A stretch of 32,000 nt of DNA from Phycisphaera mikurensis NBRC 102666 (GCF_000284115.1 NC_017080.1:1260001-1292000); one strand, 5' to 3'; positions 7,264 to 16,085 are shown, counted from the stretch's first letter. Numbers and translations: made by a program. The notes: generated by a model from the sequence alone, not told the origin.

Positions 7264-9849
7264 TCACTTTACCCGCGGCCGGTGCCGATCCGCCGCCGCC
7301 TCCAGCTCCGCCGCCATCCGCGTGATCCGCTCCTCCCAGGTTTGGCTGCTCTGGTGCTGCTCGCGCAGCCGCTCGGCGAAGAGCGGGAAGCCCAGCGGGG
7401 TGAGCCGGTCGGGGCAGACGCAGACGATCTCGTCGGCGGCGAGGCTTTCCAAAGACGCGCGCAGGCGGGCGACCTCCAGCTGCCGCTCGAGCACCTCGCG
7501 CTTCGCCTGGGTGAGCAGCAGGTTGTCGGGGTCGAAGTCGGTGAAGACGTCGAAGAACAGTTCGCTGCTCGCCTGCAGGTGCTTGGTCGCCCGGTTCTCG
7601 CCGGGGTAGCCGGTCTGGATCAGGCCGGCGATCCGCGCGATGTCGCGGAACTGGCGGCGGGCCAGCTGGCCGGTGTCGACGCAGGCGAGGAGGTCCTCGA
7701 GCAGGTTCTCCGGCGAGAGCACCTCCGCCCAGAAGCCGACCTCGTGCGGCAGCGGGTCGTCGGTGAGCACCTCCACGCCGTAGTCGTTTACCGTCACCAC
7801 CACCGTCAGCGGCATCGCCCGCGTGAGCCGCAGCGCGAGCAGCGCCCCGAGCCCCTCATGCACGAGCCGGCCCAGCAGCGGGAAGAGGAAGTGGTGGTGG
7901 CCGTCGCGCGTGCGGACCTTCTCGATGAGCAGCTCGCCGGACCGCGGGATGCGCGACCAGTCCTCCTGCAGGCGGAGCAGCGGCTCGATCGCCCGCATCT
8001 CGGCGTTGTCGTAGACGCCGGCCACCGCGGCGTCGAGCCGGCGCCGCACCGCCGCGGCGAGCTGCGTGGACAGCGGGCTGCGGCCGCCGGCCCAGCGCGG
8101 CACGTTCCCGCGCGAGCCGCTCGCTCGTTTCACCTTCGCGACCATCTGCCGCACGCTCACCAGCTGCACGAGGTGGCCGGCGAAGACGAAGCGGTCGCCG
8201 GGCTTGAGGAAGCCGACGAAGTTCTCCTCGACCGTGCCCAGCCGCTTGGATCCCATCAGCACCGAGATCATCGCGTTGCTGGTGATCGTGCCGATGCCCA
8301 TGCGGTGGTCGCGGGCGACCTTCTGGCCCCCGACGCCGTAGAAGCCGGGCCGGTCCGGGTCCTCCACCACCCGCTCGAAACGCGGGTACGCCCGCAGGCT
8401 CTCGCCGCCGCGGACGACGAAGTCCAGGCACCAGCCGAACTCCTCGTCGGTGAGGTGGCGGTAGGACCAGGCGGTCCGCAGCTCCTCTTTCATCGCTTCG
8501 GCGTCGAAGCCGCCGCCGGCGGCCACCGTCACCAGGTGCTGCACCGCGACGTCCAGCGGGCGATCCAGCGGCACGCGGCTCTCGATCTCGCGGGCGTTTC
8601 CCGCGTCCCGCGCGGCCGCGAAGTCCAGCACCTCCAGCGCGTTGGTCGGCACGCCGATGATGCGCGACTTGACGCCCGGCTGGTGCCCGCTGCGGCCGGC
8701 CCGCTGCAGCATCCGCGCCACGCCCTTGGGGCTCGCGACCTGGATCACCTGCTCCACCGGCGAGAAATCGACGCCGAGGTCCAGCGAGCTGGTGCAGACG
8801 CAGACCTTCAGCTCGCCCGAGCGGAGCATCTCCTCCACCGCGTTCCGCGTCTCGCGGTCGATGGAGCCGTGGTGCAGCGCAACCTTCCCGAGCCACTGCG
8901 GCCTCGCCTCGCAGATCCGCGCGTACCAGATCTCGCTCTGGCTGCGGGTGTTGGTGAACAGCAGCGTCGAGGCCGCGGGCTCCAGCGCGTCCAGCACCGC
9001 GTCGAGCAGCACGATGCCCAGGTGGCCCGACCAGGGGAAGCGGTTCGCGACGCCGTCGCCGACTTCCCCTTTGCTCCCGCCGGGCAGAAGCGTCGTCAGC
9101 TCGAAGCCCGCGTCCTCGGGCCCCGCCAAGCGGCAGCCCTCGCGGGCTCGGCGGGTCGGCGGGTCGACGCCGAGCAGGCAGTCCTTCGCCTCTCCGAGAT
9201 TGCCCAGCGTTGCCGACAGCCCCCAGGTCTGCACGGCGGGGTTGAAGGTGCGGAGCCGCGCGAGGCCCAGCTCGGTCTGCGTGCCCCGCTTGGTCGAGAG
9301 CAGCTCGTGCCACTCGTCGACGACGATCGTCTCGAGCCCGCGGAAGGCTTCCTCCGCGTTGGCGTACGACAGCAGCACCGACAGCGACTCGGGCGTGGTG
9401 ACCAGGCACGTGGGCAGCTTCTTCCGCTGCTTCTGCCGCAGGGCCTGCGGCGTGTCGCTCGTTCGTTCCTGCACCGTCCAGGGCAGGCCGAGCGCCTCGA
9501 CCGGCCGCCTGAGGTTCTCGCGCGTGTCCACCGCGAGCGCACGCAGCGGCGTGATCCACAGCACGCGCGGGCCGACGGGGTCCATCGACGCCCAGGCGTC
9601 GCGGTCGGGGTGCTGCTGGATCCAGCGCAGCAGCGGACCGCCCCACACCGACAACGTCTTGCCCGTGCCCGTGGGCGCGTGGATCAGCCCCGACGCGCCG
9701 GCAAGCTGCCGCTCCCAAGCCTCCTTCTGGAAGGCCGCCGGCTCGCCCAGCGCCCCGCGGAACCAATCGAGGAAGGGCGATCCGGGCGGCGGCACGGGGA
9801 AGGTTAGGAGCAGGCCGGGTGAACCGGGACCACGCACCCGCAGACGCAC
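7264..9849 (-). CDS. Ligase-associated DEAD/DEAH-box DNA helicase (Lhr-like)
   Basis: FQKEAWERQLAGASGLIHAPTGTGKTLSVWGGPLL...LWITPLRALAVDTRENL...CLVTTPESLSVLLSYANAEEAFRGLETIVVDEWHELLSTKRGTQTELGLARL...WGLSATLGN...CTSSLDLGVDFSPVEQVIQVASPKGVARMLQRAGRSGHQPG. GTG start; adjacent to the ligase. Confidence 0.93.
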   Translation of the reverse strand: MRLRVRGPGSPGLLLTFPVPPPGSPFLDWFRGALGEPAAFQKEAWERQLAGASGLIHAPTGTGKTLSVWGGPLLRWIQQHPDRDAWASMDPVGPRVLWITPLRALAVDTRENLRRPVEALGLPWTVQERTSDTPQALRQKQRKKLPTCLVTTPESLSVLLSYANAEEAFRGLETIVVDEWHELLSTKRGTQTELGLARLRTFNPAVQTWGLSATLGNLGEAKDCLLGVDPPTRRAREGCRLAGPEDAGFELTTLLPGGSKGEVGDGVANRFPWSGHLGIVLLDAVLDALEPAASTLLFTNTRSQSEIWYARICEARPQWLGKVALHHGSIDRETRNAVEEMLRSGELKVCVCTSSLDLGVDFSPVEQVIQVASPKGVARMLQRAGRSGHQPGVKSRIIGVPTNALEVLDFAAARDAGNAREIESRVPLDRPLDVAVQHLVTVAAGGGFDAEAMKEELRTAWSYRHLTDEEFGWCLDFVVRGGESLRAYPRFERVVEDPDRPGFYGVGGQKVARDHRMGIGTITSNAMISVLMGSKRLGTVEENFVGFLKPGDRFVFAGHLVQLVSVRQMVAKVKRASGSRGNVPRWAGGRSPLSTQLAAAVRRRLDAAVAGVYDNAEMRAIEPLLRLQEDWSRIPRSGELLIEKVRTRDGHHHFLFPLLGRLVHEGLGALLALRLTRAMPLTVVVTVNDYGVEVLTDDPLPHEVGFWAEVLSPENLLEDLLACVDTGQLARRQFRDIARIAGLIQTGYPGENRATKHLQASSELFFDVFTDFDPDNLLLTQAKREVLERQLEVARLRASLESLAADEIVCVCPDRLTPLGFPLFAERLREQHQSSQTWEERITRMAAELEAAADRHRPRVK

Positions 9850-9889
9850 GCTTGGAGCTGGCCCGCCGCGCCGCCGGCCCGGCGCGCTT

Positions 9890-11635
9890 CTAGATCAAGC
9901 CGCGGAGAAAACCGACGGTGTCGGCTTCGTCGGCGCGCTTGTCGTCGCGGATGCGGGCCATCCGCGGGAAGCGGAGCGCGAGGCCGCTTCGGTGCCGCTT
10001 GCTCTCCTGCACGCCGTCGAAGGCGATTTCGAAGACGCGGCTGGGCTCGACCTCGCAGAAGGCGCCGCGGCCGCCGCGCCGGTGGCCCTTGATGAAGGCA
10101 TCGACCCGCGCGAACTCCGCGTCGGTGAGCCCCGAGTAGGCCTTCGTGACCGGAACCAGCTCGCCCCGGCCGGGTTGCTCGCCCGTCCAGAGCGCGAAGG
10201 TGTAGTCGGTGTAGAGCGTCGAGCGCCGGCCCGTGCCACGCTGGGCGTAGATCATGACGGCGTCGATCGCGTAAGGGTCGACCTTCCACTTCCACCACAG
10301 CCCGCGCTCGTCGCCGCTCTCCCGGGTCATGGCACGGCCGATCCCGTAAGGGGCGTCGCGACGCTTGAGCATGAAGCCCTCGACGTTGCGGGCCCGGCTC
10401 GACGCGCGGAGCGCACCCAGCGAATCCCAGGATCCGCCCTCGACGGCCGGGGAGAGGAGCAGCTTGCCGCCGGAAGCGTGGAACGCGTCGGCGGCGAGGG
10501 CCTCCAGCGCGGCGCGCCGCTGGTGGGTCGGCTCCGTGCGCAGGTCCGCGCCGCCGAGCTCGAGCACGTCGTAGGCCATGAAGACGACGGGGCGGTCCTC
10601 GAAGAGCGCGGGGTGGCGGGCTCTGCGGTTCAGCCGGCGCTGGAGGACCGCGAAGGGCTCCGGCAACCCGCGGACCGTCGGCGTTTGGAGCTCGAAAGCG
10701 TGACGGTCCGCGGATCCGTCCGCGTTCCGCCACGCGAGGATCTCGCCGTCGAGCACGGTGCCTTCGGGGAGCGTGGACGCCGCCGCGGCGACCTCGGGGA
10801 AGGTGCCGGTGATGAGCTCCTCGCCGCGGGACCACAGCCGGGCGCTGCCGCCGCGGCGGAGGAGCTGGCAGCGGATCCCGTCCCACTTCCACTCGACGCT
10901 CCAGTCGCTGCGGTCGCCGAGCTTCTCCCGGGGCGTCGCCTGGAGCTGCTGAGCGAGGCAGAAGGGGTAGGGGCGCGCCGCGTCGTCGGCCGCGGCGTCG
11001 GCGTCGGCGCCGCCGCCGCTGCCGCCGCTGCCGGCCGCTTGGCCGCCCGGCCGATCCGGTGCGGTCACCCGCTCCCACGCCGAGCGTGTGGGCGAGAAGC
11101 CGCCGGTCATGCGGTGCTGCATCACCGCCGCCGGCACGCCGGTGGCTTCGGCGAGGGCGTTGATGACGACCTTCTTCGCGGCCCCGAAGCGGAAGTTCCC
11201 GGAGATCAGCTTGTGGAACACGAGCCGCTGGGTCGCGTCGAGCCGGTTCCACGTCGCGAGGATCGCGGTCCGCTGCTGCCCCTCGCTCATGCGTTCGAGC
11301 GGGAGCACGCGCGTCTCGATGATCGAGGTCAGCGACTCGTCCTCGCCGGCCGCGGTCGGCGGCGGCAGCAGCAGCGACAGCGTCTCGGACAGGTCGCCGA
11401 CCACCGAGTGCGACTCGGCGATCAACCACGCCGGGAGCCCCGTGGCCTCGCCGCAGAAGGCCCGCAGCCGGTTGTACGGGACGCGCCGGATCAGCGACGT
11501 CCCGGTCAGCACCGCGAGCGCCCAGGCCGCGTCGTCGGCGTCCGCTTCGCGGAAGTAGGCCGCGATCGCCGCCGTCTTCTCGCTCGTCCGCGTGGTGCGG
11601 TCGACGGCGGTGAAGAGGGCGGTGAACGACTTCAA
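9890..11635 (-). CDS. ATP-dependent DNA ligase
   Basis: YPFCLAQQLQATPREKLGDRSDWSVEWKWDGIRCQLLRRGGSARLWSRGEELITGTFPEV...LPEGTVLDGEILAWR...EGFMLKRRDAPYGIGR...GLWWKWKVDP; KWDG nucleotidylation motif present. Confidence 0.96.
   Translation of the reverse strand: MKSFTALFTAVDRTTRTSEKTAAIAAYFREADADDAAWALAVLTGTSLIRRVPYNRLRAFCGEATGLPAWLIAESHSVVGDLSETLSLLLPPPTAAGEDESLTSIIETRVLPLERMSEGQQRTAILATWNRLDATQRLVFHKLISGNFRFGAAKKVVINALAEATGVPAAVMQHRMTGGFSPTRSAWERVTAPDRPGGQAAGSGGSGGGADADAAADDAARPYPFCLAQQLQATPREKLGDRSDWSVEWKWDGIRCQLLRRGGSARLWSRGEELITGTFPEVAAAASTLPEGTVLDGEILAWRNADGSADRHAFELQTPTVRGLPEPFAVLQRRLNRRARHPALFEDRPVVFMAYDVLELGGADLRTEPTHQRRAALEALAADAFHASGGKLLLSPAVEGGSWDSLGALRASSRARNVEGFMLKRRDAPYGIGRAMTRESGDERGLWWKWKVDPYAIDAVMIYAQRGTGRRSTLYTDYTFALWTGEQPGRGELVPVTKAYSGLTDAEFARVDAFIKGHRRGGRGAFCEVEPSRVFEIAFDGVQESKRHRSGLALRFPRMARIRDDKRADEADTVGFLRGLI
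10668..10713. repeat. 46-nt palindromic element, copy 3 (in frame inside DNA ligase gene)
   Basis: CCGCGGACCGTCGGCGTTTGGAGCTCGAAAGCGTGACGGTCCGCGG. The ligase reads it as SADRHAFELQTPTVRG. Confidence 0.9.
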
Positions 11636-11713
11636 AGCGGAAGGACGCTACGCCCCGTGGCGACTCCGAATGGCCTCGCGGCCGGATGCACCGCCGCCCC
11701 CGGGCGGGCCGCG

Positions 11714-12007
11714 TCAGCGCATCATCCACCTGGCGTCGCTCACGAGGCCCACGCCGCCGTACTTCTTCAGCACCGGCGCGAGAAGCTCGCCGAGCTTCTC
11801 CGCCTTCGCCTCGTCGCAGGCGCAGAGGATCAGGCAGTTCTCGAACGCGCCGGTGATCCCGTCGGGGTGGCGGTCGCCGCGGTCGCCCCAGCCCGAAGCG
11901 TTGCGGAGGACCGTGTAGCCGTTGACGCCGGCGGCGAGCAGGACCCCCACGACGCGGTCGACGTGGTGGCTGTCGACGACGAGCTCGATGCGTTTGACGT
12001 TCTTCAT
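11714..12007 (-). CDS. PII-like signalling protein, SbtB-like
   Basis: MKNVKRIELVVDSHHVDRVVGVLLAAGVNGYTVLRNASGWGDRGDRHPDGITGAFENCLILCACDEAKAEKLGELLAPVLKKYGGVGLVSDARWMMR. The fold-type pattern, plus adjacency to an SbtA-like permease, supports the call. Confidence 0.8.
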   Translation of the reverse strand: MKNVKRIELVVDSHHVDRVVGVLLAAGVNGYTVLRNASGWGDRGDRHPDGITGAFENCLILCACDEAKAEKLGELLAPVLKKYGGVGLVSDARWMMR

Positions 12008-12017
12008 GGCGGGCCGC

Positions 12018-13073
12018 TCAGGTCCAGATCGCGTCGATCGCCGCCATGTACAGCGGGATCCCGACGGTGATGTTGAAGGGGAAGGTGACCGCCAGCGACA
12101 TCGTCACGTAGATGCCCGGGTTGGCCTCGGGCACGGCCAGCCGCATCGCGGCGGGCACCGCAATGTAGCTCGCGCTACCCGCCAGCGTCGCCAGCAGGAG
12201 GGCATCGCCCTGGCCGGCGCCGAGCAGCCAAGCCGCGGCGATCCCCAGCGAGGCGTGGGCCGGGGCGCTCAGGACGGCGAAGGCGATCAGCGAGCCCCCG
12301 GCCCTCCTCAGGTCGCCCAACCGGCGGGCGGCGACGAGGCCCATGTCCAGCAGGAACAGGCACAGCACGCCCTTGAAGGGCGCGTACGCGAAGGGCTTGA
12401 TCGACTCCCATCCCCGGTCGCCGATGGCCAGGCCGATGAGCAGCGAGCCGACGAGCACGACGACGGCGCCGTTGAGGAACGCCTCGCGGAAGAGCTCGCC
12501 CCAGTCGACGTCCCGGAACCCGCCGGCGTCGCCGGCTCCGTGCCCGGCGAGTCCGGGCCGCTGCTCGTCTCCCGCCGCCGGGGTCCCCTCGGAGGAGGGG
12601 GCGTACCAGCGCGCGAGCAGCACGCCGACCACGATGGCGGGGCTCTCCATCAGCGCCATCGCGGCGACCATGTAGCCCCCGGGCGTGTAAGCCGGGTCGG
12701 AGGAGGCGAGCGTGGTCAGGAAGTTGTTGGCGGTGATGAAGGTGACCGCGGAGATCGATCCGTAGGTGGCCGCCATGGCCGCGGCGTTGGCGGCGTCGAG
12801 CTTCAGGCGGAGCACGAAGAAGGACCACACCGGGACGATCGCCGCGAGCACGACGGCGGCGAGCAGGAGGCCGATGACCCGCGCCCCGAGGTCGCTGTGC
12901 ATCAGCTCGACGCCGCCGTGAAGGCCGATGGCCATCAACAGGTAGATCGACAGCAGCTTGGGGATCGGCTGCGGGAGGGAGAGGTCGCTCCTGCAGACCG
13001 CGGCCAGCACGCCGAGCGCGAAGAAGAGGATCGCGGGCGTGCGGAGGTTGTCGACGAGCAGGCTGAGGTCCAT
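12018..13073 (-). CDS. Sodium-dependent bicarbonate transport family permease (SbtA-like)
   Basis: MDLSLLVDNLRTPAILFFALGVLAAVCRSDLSLPQPIPKLLSIYLLMAIGLHGGVELMHS...FLLDMGLVAARRLGDLRR...LLATLAGSASYIAVPAAMRLAVPEANPGIYVTMSLAVTFPFNITVGIPLY. Start placed at ATG 13073. Confidence 0.9.
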   Translation of the reverse strand: MDLSLLVDNLRTPAILFFALGVLAAVCRSDLSLPQPIPKLLSIYLLMAIGLHGGVELMHSDLGARVIGLLLAAVVLAAIVPVWSFFVLRLKLDAANAAAMAATYGSISAVTFITANNFLTTLASSDPAYTPGGYMVAAMALMESPAIVVGVLLARWYAPSSEGTPAAGDEQRPGLAGHGAGDAGGFRDVDWGELFREAFLNGAVVVLVGSLLIGLAIGDRGWESIKPFAYAPFKGVLCLFLLDMGLVAARRLGDLRRAGGSLIAFAVLSAPAHASLGIAAAWLLGAGQGDALLLATLAGSASYIAVPAAMRLAVPEANPGIYVTMSLAVTFPFNITVGIPLYMAAIDAIWT

Positions 13074-13335
13074 GCGGGGCGGACGGTAACCGGCGGCGGA
13101 AGCTCGCGATGCCGCGATCGACCACACGCCCCGCGCCGCAATCGACCCGCCGAAGCGGAGCGGGGGGGCCGTGGCTCGCAGGCGGCCCGGAGGATTTTCC
13201 GGCCATCGCACGCCTCCGGATCCCGGTGCCACGCACGCGCAGGCGCGATCTTCGGCACGTCTTCCGGAGCGGCCGATGCCCGGGTGCCACGCGGCTCGCG
13301 GGTGAGGTGTCCGCGGGACGCGCGGCCGGCTCCGC

Positions 13336-14454
13336 TCAGTTGAAGAGCCCGCCCTGCGGATCTTCCCCGGGCTCTTCCGCGGCTTGGTCGGGGTGCGTCT
13401 TCATCGCGATGTCGTTCCCGGTGACGGTCCCGTCCTCGTCGCCGGTCCAGCGGGTGGGCACCACGTCGGCGTCGAGGCTGCGCACCTCGCGGAGGTAGCG
13501 GACAACCGCCTCGCTGCTGCCGTGCGTGACGCCGATGGAGCCGGCGCCGGTCGCTTCGATCGCCCGCATCAGCCCCGGCCAGTCCGCGTGATCGGAGACG
13601 ACGAAGCCGCGGTCGACGCCGCGGCGGCGGCGGTTGCCGCGCACCATCATCCAGCCGCTGGCGAAGCTGGTGGAGAAGGGCGCCCAACGCTTCAGCCAGG
13701 CGGTGCCTAGCACCGACGGCGGCGCCACGAGCAGGGCTTTGCCTCTGTGCTGTTTCGCCAGATCCGGCGTCGCCCGCCGCACGGGCGGGAGCCTGACGCC
13801 GGCGGCCCGGTAGACCTCCACGAAGCTCTCGACGCTGCCGTGGACGAAGATCGTCGCTTCCTCATCGGCCGCCTCGGCCTCCAACAGCATCGAGAGCACG
13901 CGCTGCGCCTTGCCCAGCGCGTACGCGAAGACGACGGAGGTGCGGGAGAGCGCGCGGTTCTCCGACCACCACGCCGCGAGGTCGGCGGCGACGCCGTCGC
14001 TCTCGGGCCAGCGGTAGATGGGCAGGCCGAAGGTCGACTCGGTGACGAAGCGGTGGCAGGGCACCGGCTCGAAGGCGTCGCAGGTGGGGTCGGCGGCGAC
14101 CTTGTAGTCCCCGGAGATCACCTCGACGCGGCCGCGGTGCTCCACGCGCACCTGGCCGGAGCCCAGCAGGTGCCCGGCGGGGTGCAGCGAGACGGTGACG
14201 CCGTTGAGGCTCGTCGTCCGGCCCCAGGGCAGCCCCTCGATGGGGGCGTCCGGCTGCACGCGCCGGGCGAGCACGGGCTCGCCGGCGGCGCTGGTGAGGT
14301 AGCGGGAGCAGCCGGCGGTGGCGTGGTCGCTGTGGGCGTGGGTGACGACCGCGCGGTCGACCGGCTTCCACGGGTCGATGTGGAAGCCGCCGGCGTGGCA
14401 GTACAGCCCCGACGGTCCGGCGACGACGAGCGGGATCTCGGGCGGACGCGGCAC
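13336..14454 (-). CDS. Ligase-associated DNA exonuclease (metallo-beta-lactamase/beta-CASP family)
   Basis: GLYCHAGGFHIDPWKPVDRAVVTHAHSDHATAGCSRYLTS...VTVSLHPAGHLLGSGQVRVEHRGRVEVISGDYK...DAFEPVPCHRFVTESTFGLPIYRWP...FVVSDHADWPGL; HxHxDH motif. GTG start at 14454 fits homology better than the longer ORF. Confidence 0.9.
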   Translation of the reverse strand: MPRPPEIPLVVAGPSGLYCHAGGFHIDPWKPVDRAVVTHAHSDHATAGCSRYLTSAAGEPVLARRVQPDAPIEGLPWGRTTSLNGVTVSLHPAGHLLGSGQVRVEHRGRVEVISGDYKVAADPTCDAFEPVPCHRFVTESTFGLPIYRWPESDGVAADLAAWWSENRALSRTSVVFAYALGKAQRVLSMLLEAEAADEEATIFVHGSVESFVEVYRAAGVRLPPVRRATPDLAKQHRGKALLVAPPSVLGTAWLKRWAPFSTSFASGWMMVRGNRRRRGVDRGFVVSDHADWPGLMRAIEATGAGSIGVTHGSSEAVVRYLREVRSLDADVVPTRWTGDEDGTVTGNDIAMKTHPDQAAEEPGEDPQGGLFN

Positions 14455-14462
14455 GGGGGGTT

Positions 14463-14912
14463 CTACGCGGTGAGGGCGGTCACGATCGCGGCGGCCGCGA
14501 GCACGCCATGCGCGGTCCAGGCGGCCGTGCGGATCCAGTTCGTCGTCACCAGCGAGCGGGCGGCACCGGCGTCGAAGCCCCGGGCGAGCACGCGGTGCCT
14601 GGGGATCTGCAGGAGGGCGGTGCTGGCCCAGTTGATCGCGACGGTGGCGAGGCCGAGCCACGGAATCCAGGGCGGCACGCCCGGCGGCGGGCTCAGGCAC
14701 AGCCACACCGTGGCCCCCAGCTCGACCGCCATCAGCGGGCCGACGACCGGCCCGGTCCGGGCGATGTGCTGCGCCTGGTAGCCGAGGTACGCGTCGGCCG
14801 GCACCCGCGCGTGCGCCGGGTAGTGCACGCGCTGCACGAACCAGATGAGGCCGACCATGCCCCAGACCGAGCCGGCGTACGCGGCGAGGACCAGCGCGTC
14901 CGCGGCGCTCAC
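14463..14912 (-). CDS. Small multi-pass membrane protein, hypothetical
   Basis: GTG at 14912: VSAADALVLAAYAGSVWGMVGLIWFVQRVHYPAHARVPADAYLGYQAQHIARTGPVVGPLMAVELGATVWLCLSPPPG...; GTGA overlap with the preceding SRPBCC gene. The longer 14463..15377 ORF is not needed. Confidence 0.7.
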   Translation of the reverse strand: MSAADALVLAAYAGSVWGMVGLIWFVQRVHYPAHARVPADAYLGYQAQHIARTGPVVGPLMAVELGATVWLCLSPPPGVPPWIPWLGLATVAINWASTALLQIPRHRVLARGFDAGAARSLVTTNWIRTAAWTAHGVLAAAAIVTALTA

Positions 14913-15427
14913 GCTCGGCCCGGCCCTTCCGCCAGGCGCGGCGCCGGATCGCCGCCGCTGGCGTAGAGCCCGGCCAGCACGCGGTGCCGGTTCTCGAAGA
15001 GCTTGGTGAGGTCGCGCCGCACGACCGCGTTCGCGAGCCCCGCGAGCGGCCCGCCCGGCGGCCGGTAGATCACGCGGTCCCGCGTCAGCGTCCCGCCGCT
15101 GCGGGGCAGGTACGTGTGCTCGTGCCGGAAGCGGGCGTAGGGCCCGCGCTCCTGCTCGTCGGCGAAGAAGCGGGGGGCGTCGACCTCCTCGATCCGCGTC
15201 GTCCACGAAAGCGGGAGGCCGTGCAGCCTGAGCCTGTAGCGGTAGCGCACGCCGGTCGCCAGCGGCTCGATCCGCGGGTCGACCACGTGGAACCGGATCC
15301 ACGCGGGCAGCACGAAGTTCATGTGCCGGCAATCGGTGACGAACGGCCAGAGCTTCTCGGGCGACGCGGGCAGCCACTGCTCGGCGAGCAGGAGGAAGTC
15401 GTTCTGGCGGCGGCCGGTGGCGATCAT
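14909..15427 (-). CDS. SRPBCC/polyketide cyclase-like family protein
   Basis: LLLAEQWLPASPEKLWPFVTDCRHMNFVLPAWIRFHVVDP...GVRYRYRLRLHGLPLSWTTRIEEVDAPRFFADEQERGPYARFRHEHTYLPRSGGTLTRDRVIYRPPGGPLAGLAN...FENR. Confidence 0.8.
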   Translation of the reverse strand: MIATGRRQNDFLLLAEQWLPASPEKLWPFVTDCRHMNFVLPAWIRFHVVDPRIEPLATGVRYRYRLRLHGLPLSWTTRIEEVDAPRFFADEQERGPYARFRHEHTYLPRSGGTLTRDRVIYRPPGGPLAGLANAVVRRDLTKLFENRHRVLAGLYASGGDPAPRLAEGPGRA

Positions 15428-15530
15428 GACAAGTGGGTGGCGGCTGCGCCGACCGCTCCGTGCTGGCGGGCTGATTCCGAGCTCCCGGCCTCGCTCCCTC
15501 TCTCGCCCGGACCGCCCCCCGGCGGCCCGC

Positions 15531-15962
15531 TCAGGTCGGCACGCTGGTCCGCACCGGCCCGCCGCCCCATCCGCCGGACCGCCCGCGCTCCCGGTGCGCG
15601 TTCCAGCTCGCCCAGAGGATGAGCCCGAAAGGGACCCACCAGATGAGGTCGTTCGTCGGGATCGTCCAGCCGAAGGCGGGGTCGAGGGTGCCCCGGACGA
15701 AGGCTCCGTCCGCGTAGCCGATCGGGCCGGCGATCTTGCCCAGCAGGCCGACCAGCGTGATCGGCCAGTGCTTCAGCGGGGCCGTCGCGGCGCAGGCGTA
15801 GCCGATGCCGTAGACGCCGACGATCATGCCGACGCACTGCCAGATGGCCGGCTGCGTGGGCCGGTCCATCCCGACGAGGTCGAAGAAGTGGTTCGGGAAC
15901 AGGACCACCCAGGCGCCCCAGGCGAGGTTGTAGGCCGCCGCGAGCAGCAGCACGATGGACAT
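15531..15962 (-). CDS. Multi-pass membrane protein, hypothetical
   Basis: MSIVLLLAAAYNLAWGAWVVLFPNHFFDLVGMDRPTQPAIWQCVGMIVGVYGIGYACAATAPLKHWPITLVGLLGKIAGPIGY...; start 15962 is my choice (the ORF extends to 16040). Confidence 0.7.
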   Translation of the reverse strand: MSIVLLLAAAYNLAWGAWVVLFPNHFFDLVGMDRPTQPAIWQCVGMIVGVYGIGYACAATAPLKHWPITLVGLLGKIAGPIGYADGAFVRGTLDPAFGWTIPTNDLIWWVPFGLILWASWNAHRERGRSGGWGGGPVRTSVPT

Positions 15963-16085
15963 CCAAGGCTTTGCTGCGCGAGAGGATTGACGCAAGGTGG
16001 AAGGCTTCGGCGGGCGGAGCCCGCCGGCGCGGGTCCGCATTGTGTCTGGGTGAACCGCGGCGCCGGGCAGCGGCGTCCGGAGACG

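Noticed and set aside
7282-9807. 841-aa plus-strand ORF opposite the Lhr-like helicase
   Set aside because: Shadow ORF; the opposite strand has full helicase motifs.
8642-12070. 1,142-aa plus-strand ORF over helicase, ligase and PII-like genes
   Set aside because: Spans three well-supported minus-strand genes; a GC-bias artefact.
13336-14706. Full 456-aa version of the ligase-associated exonuclease
   Set aside because: The first about 84 residues are low-complexity and overlap the membrane-protein gene; homology begins just after the GTG at 14454.
15505-15580. CCCGGACCG ... CTGGTCCGCAC, possible extra palindrome copy
   Set aside because: The CGG/CCG arms are incomplete and the spacing differs by several nt from the invariant 46-nt length.
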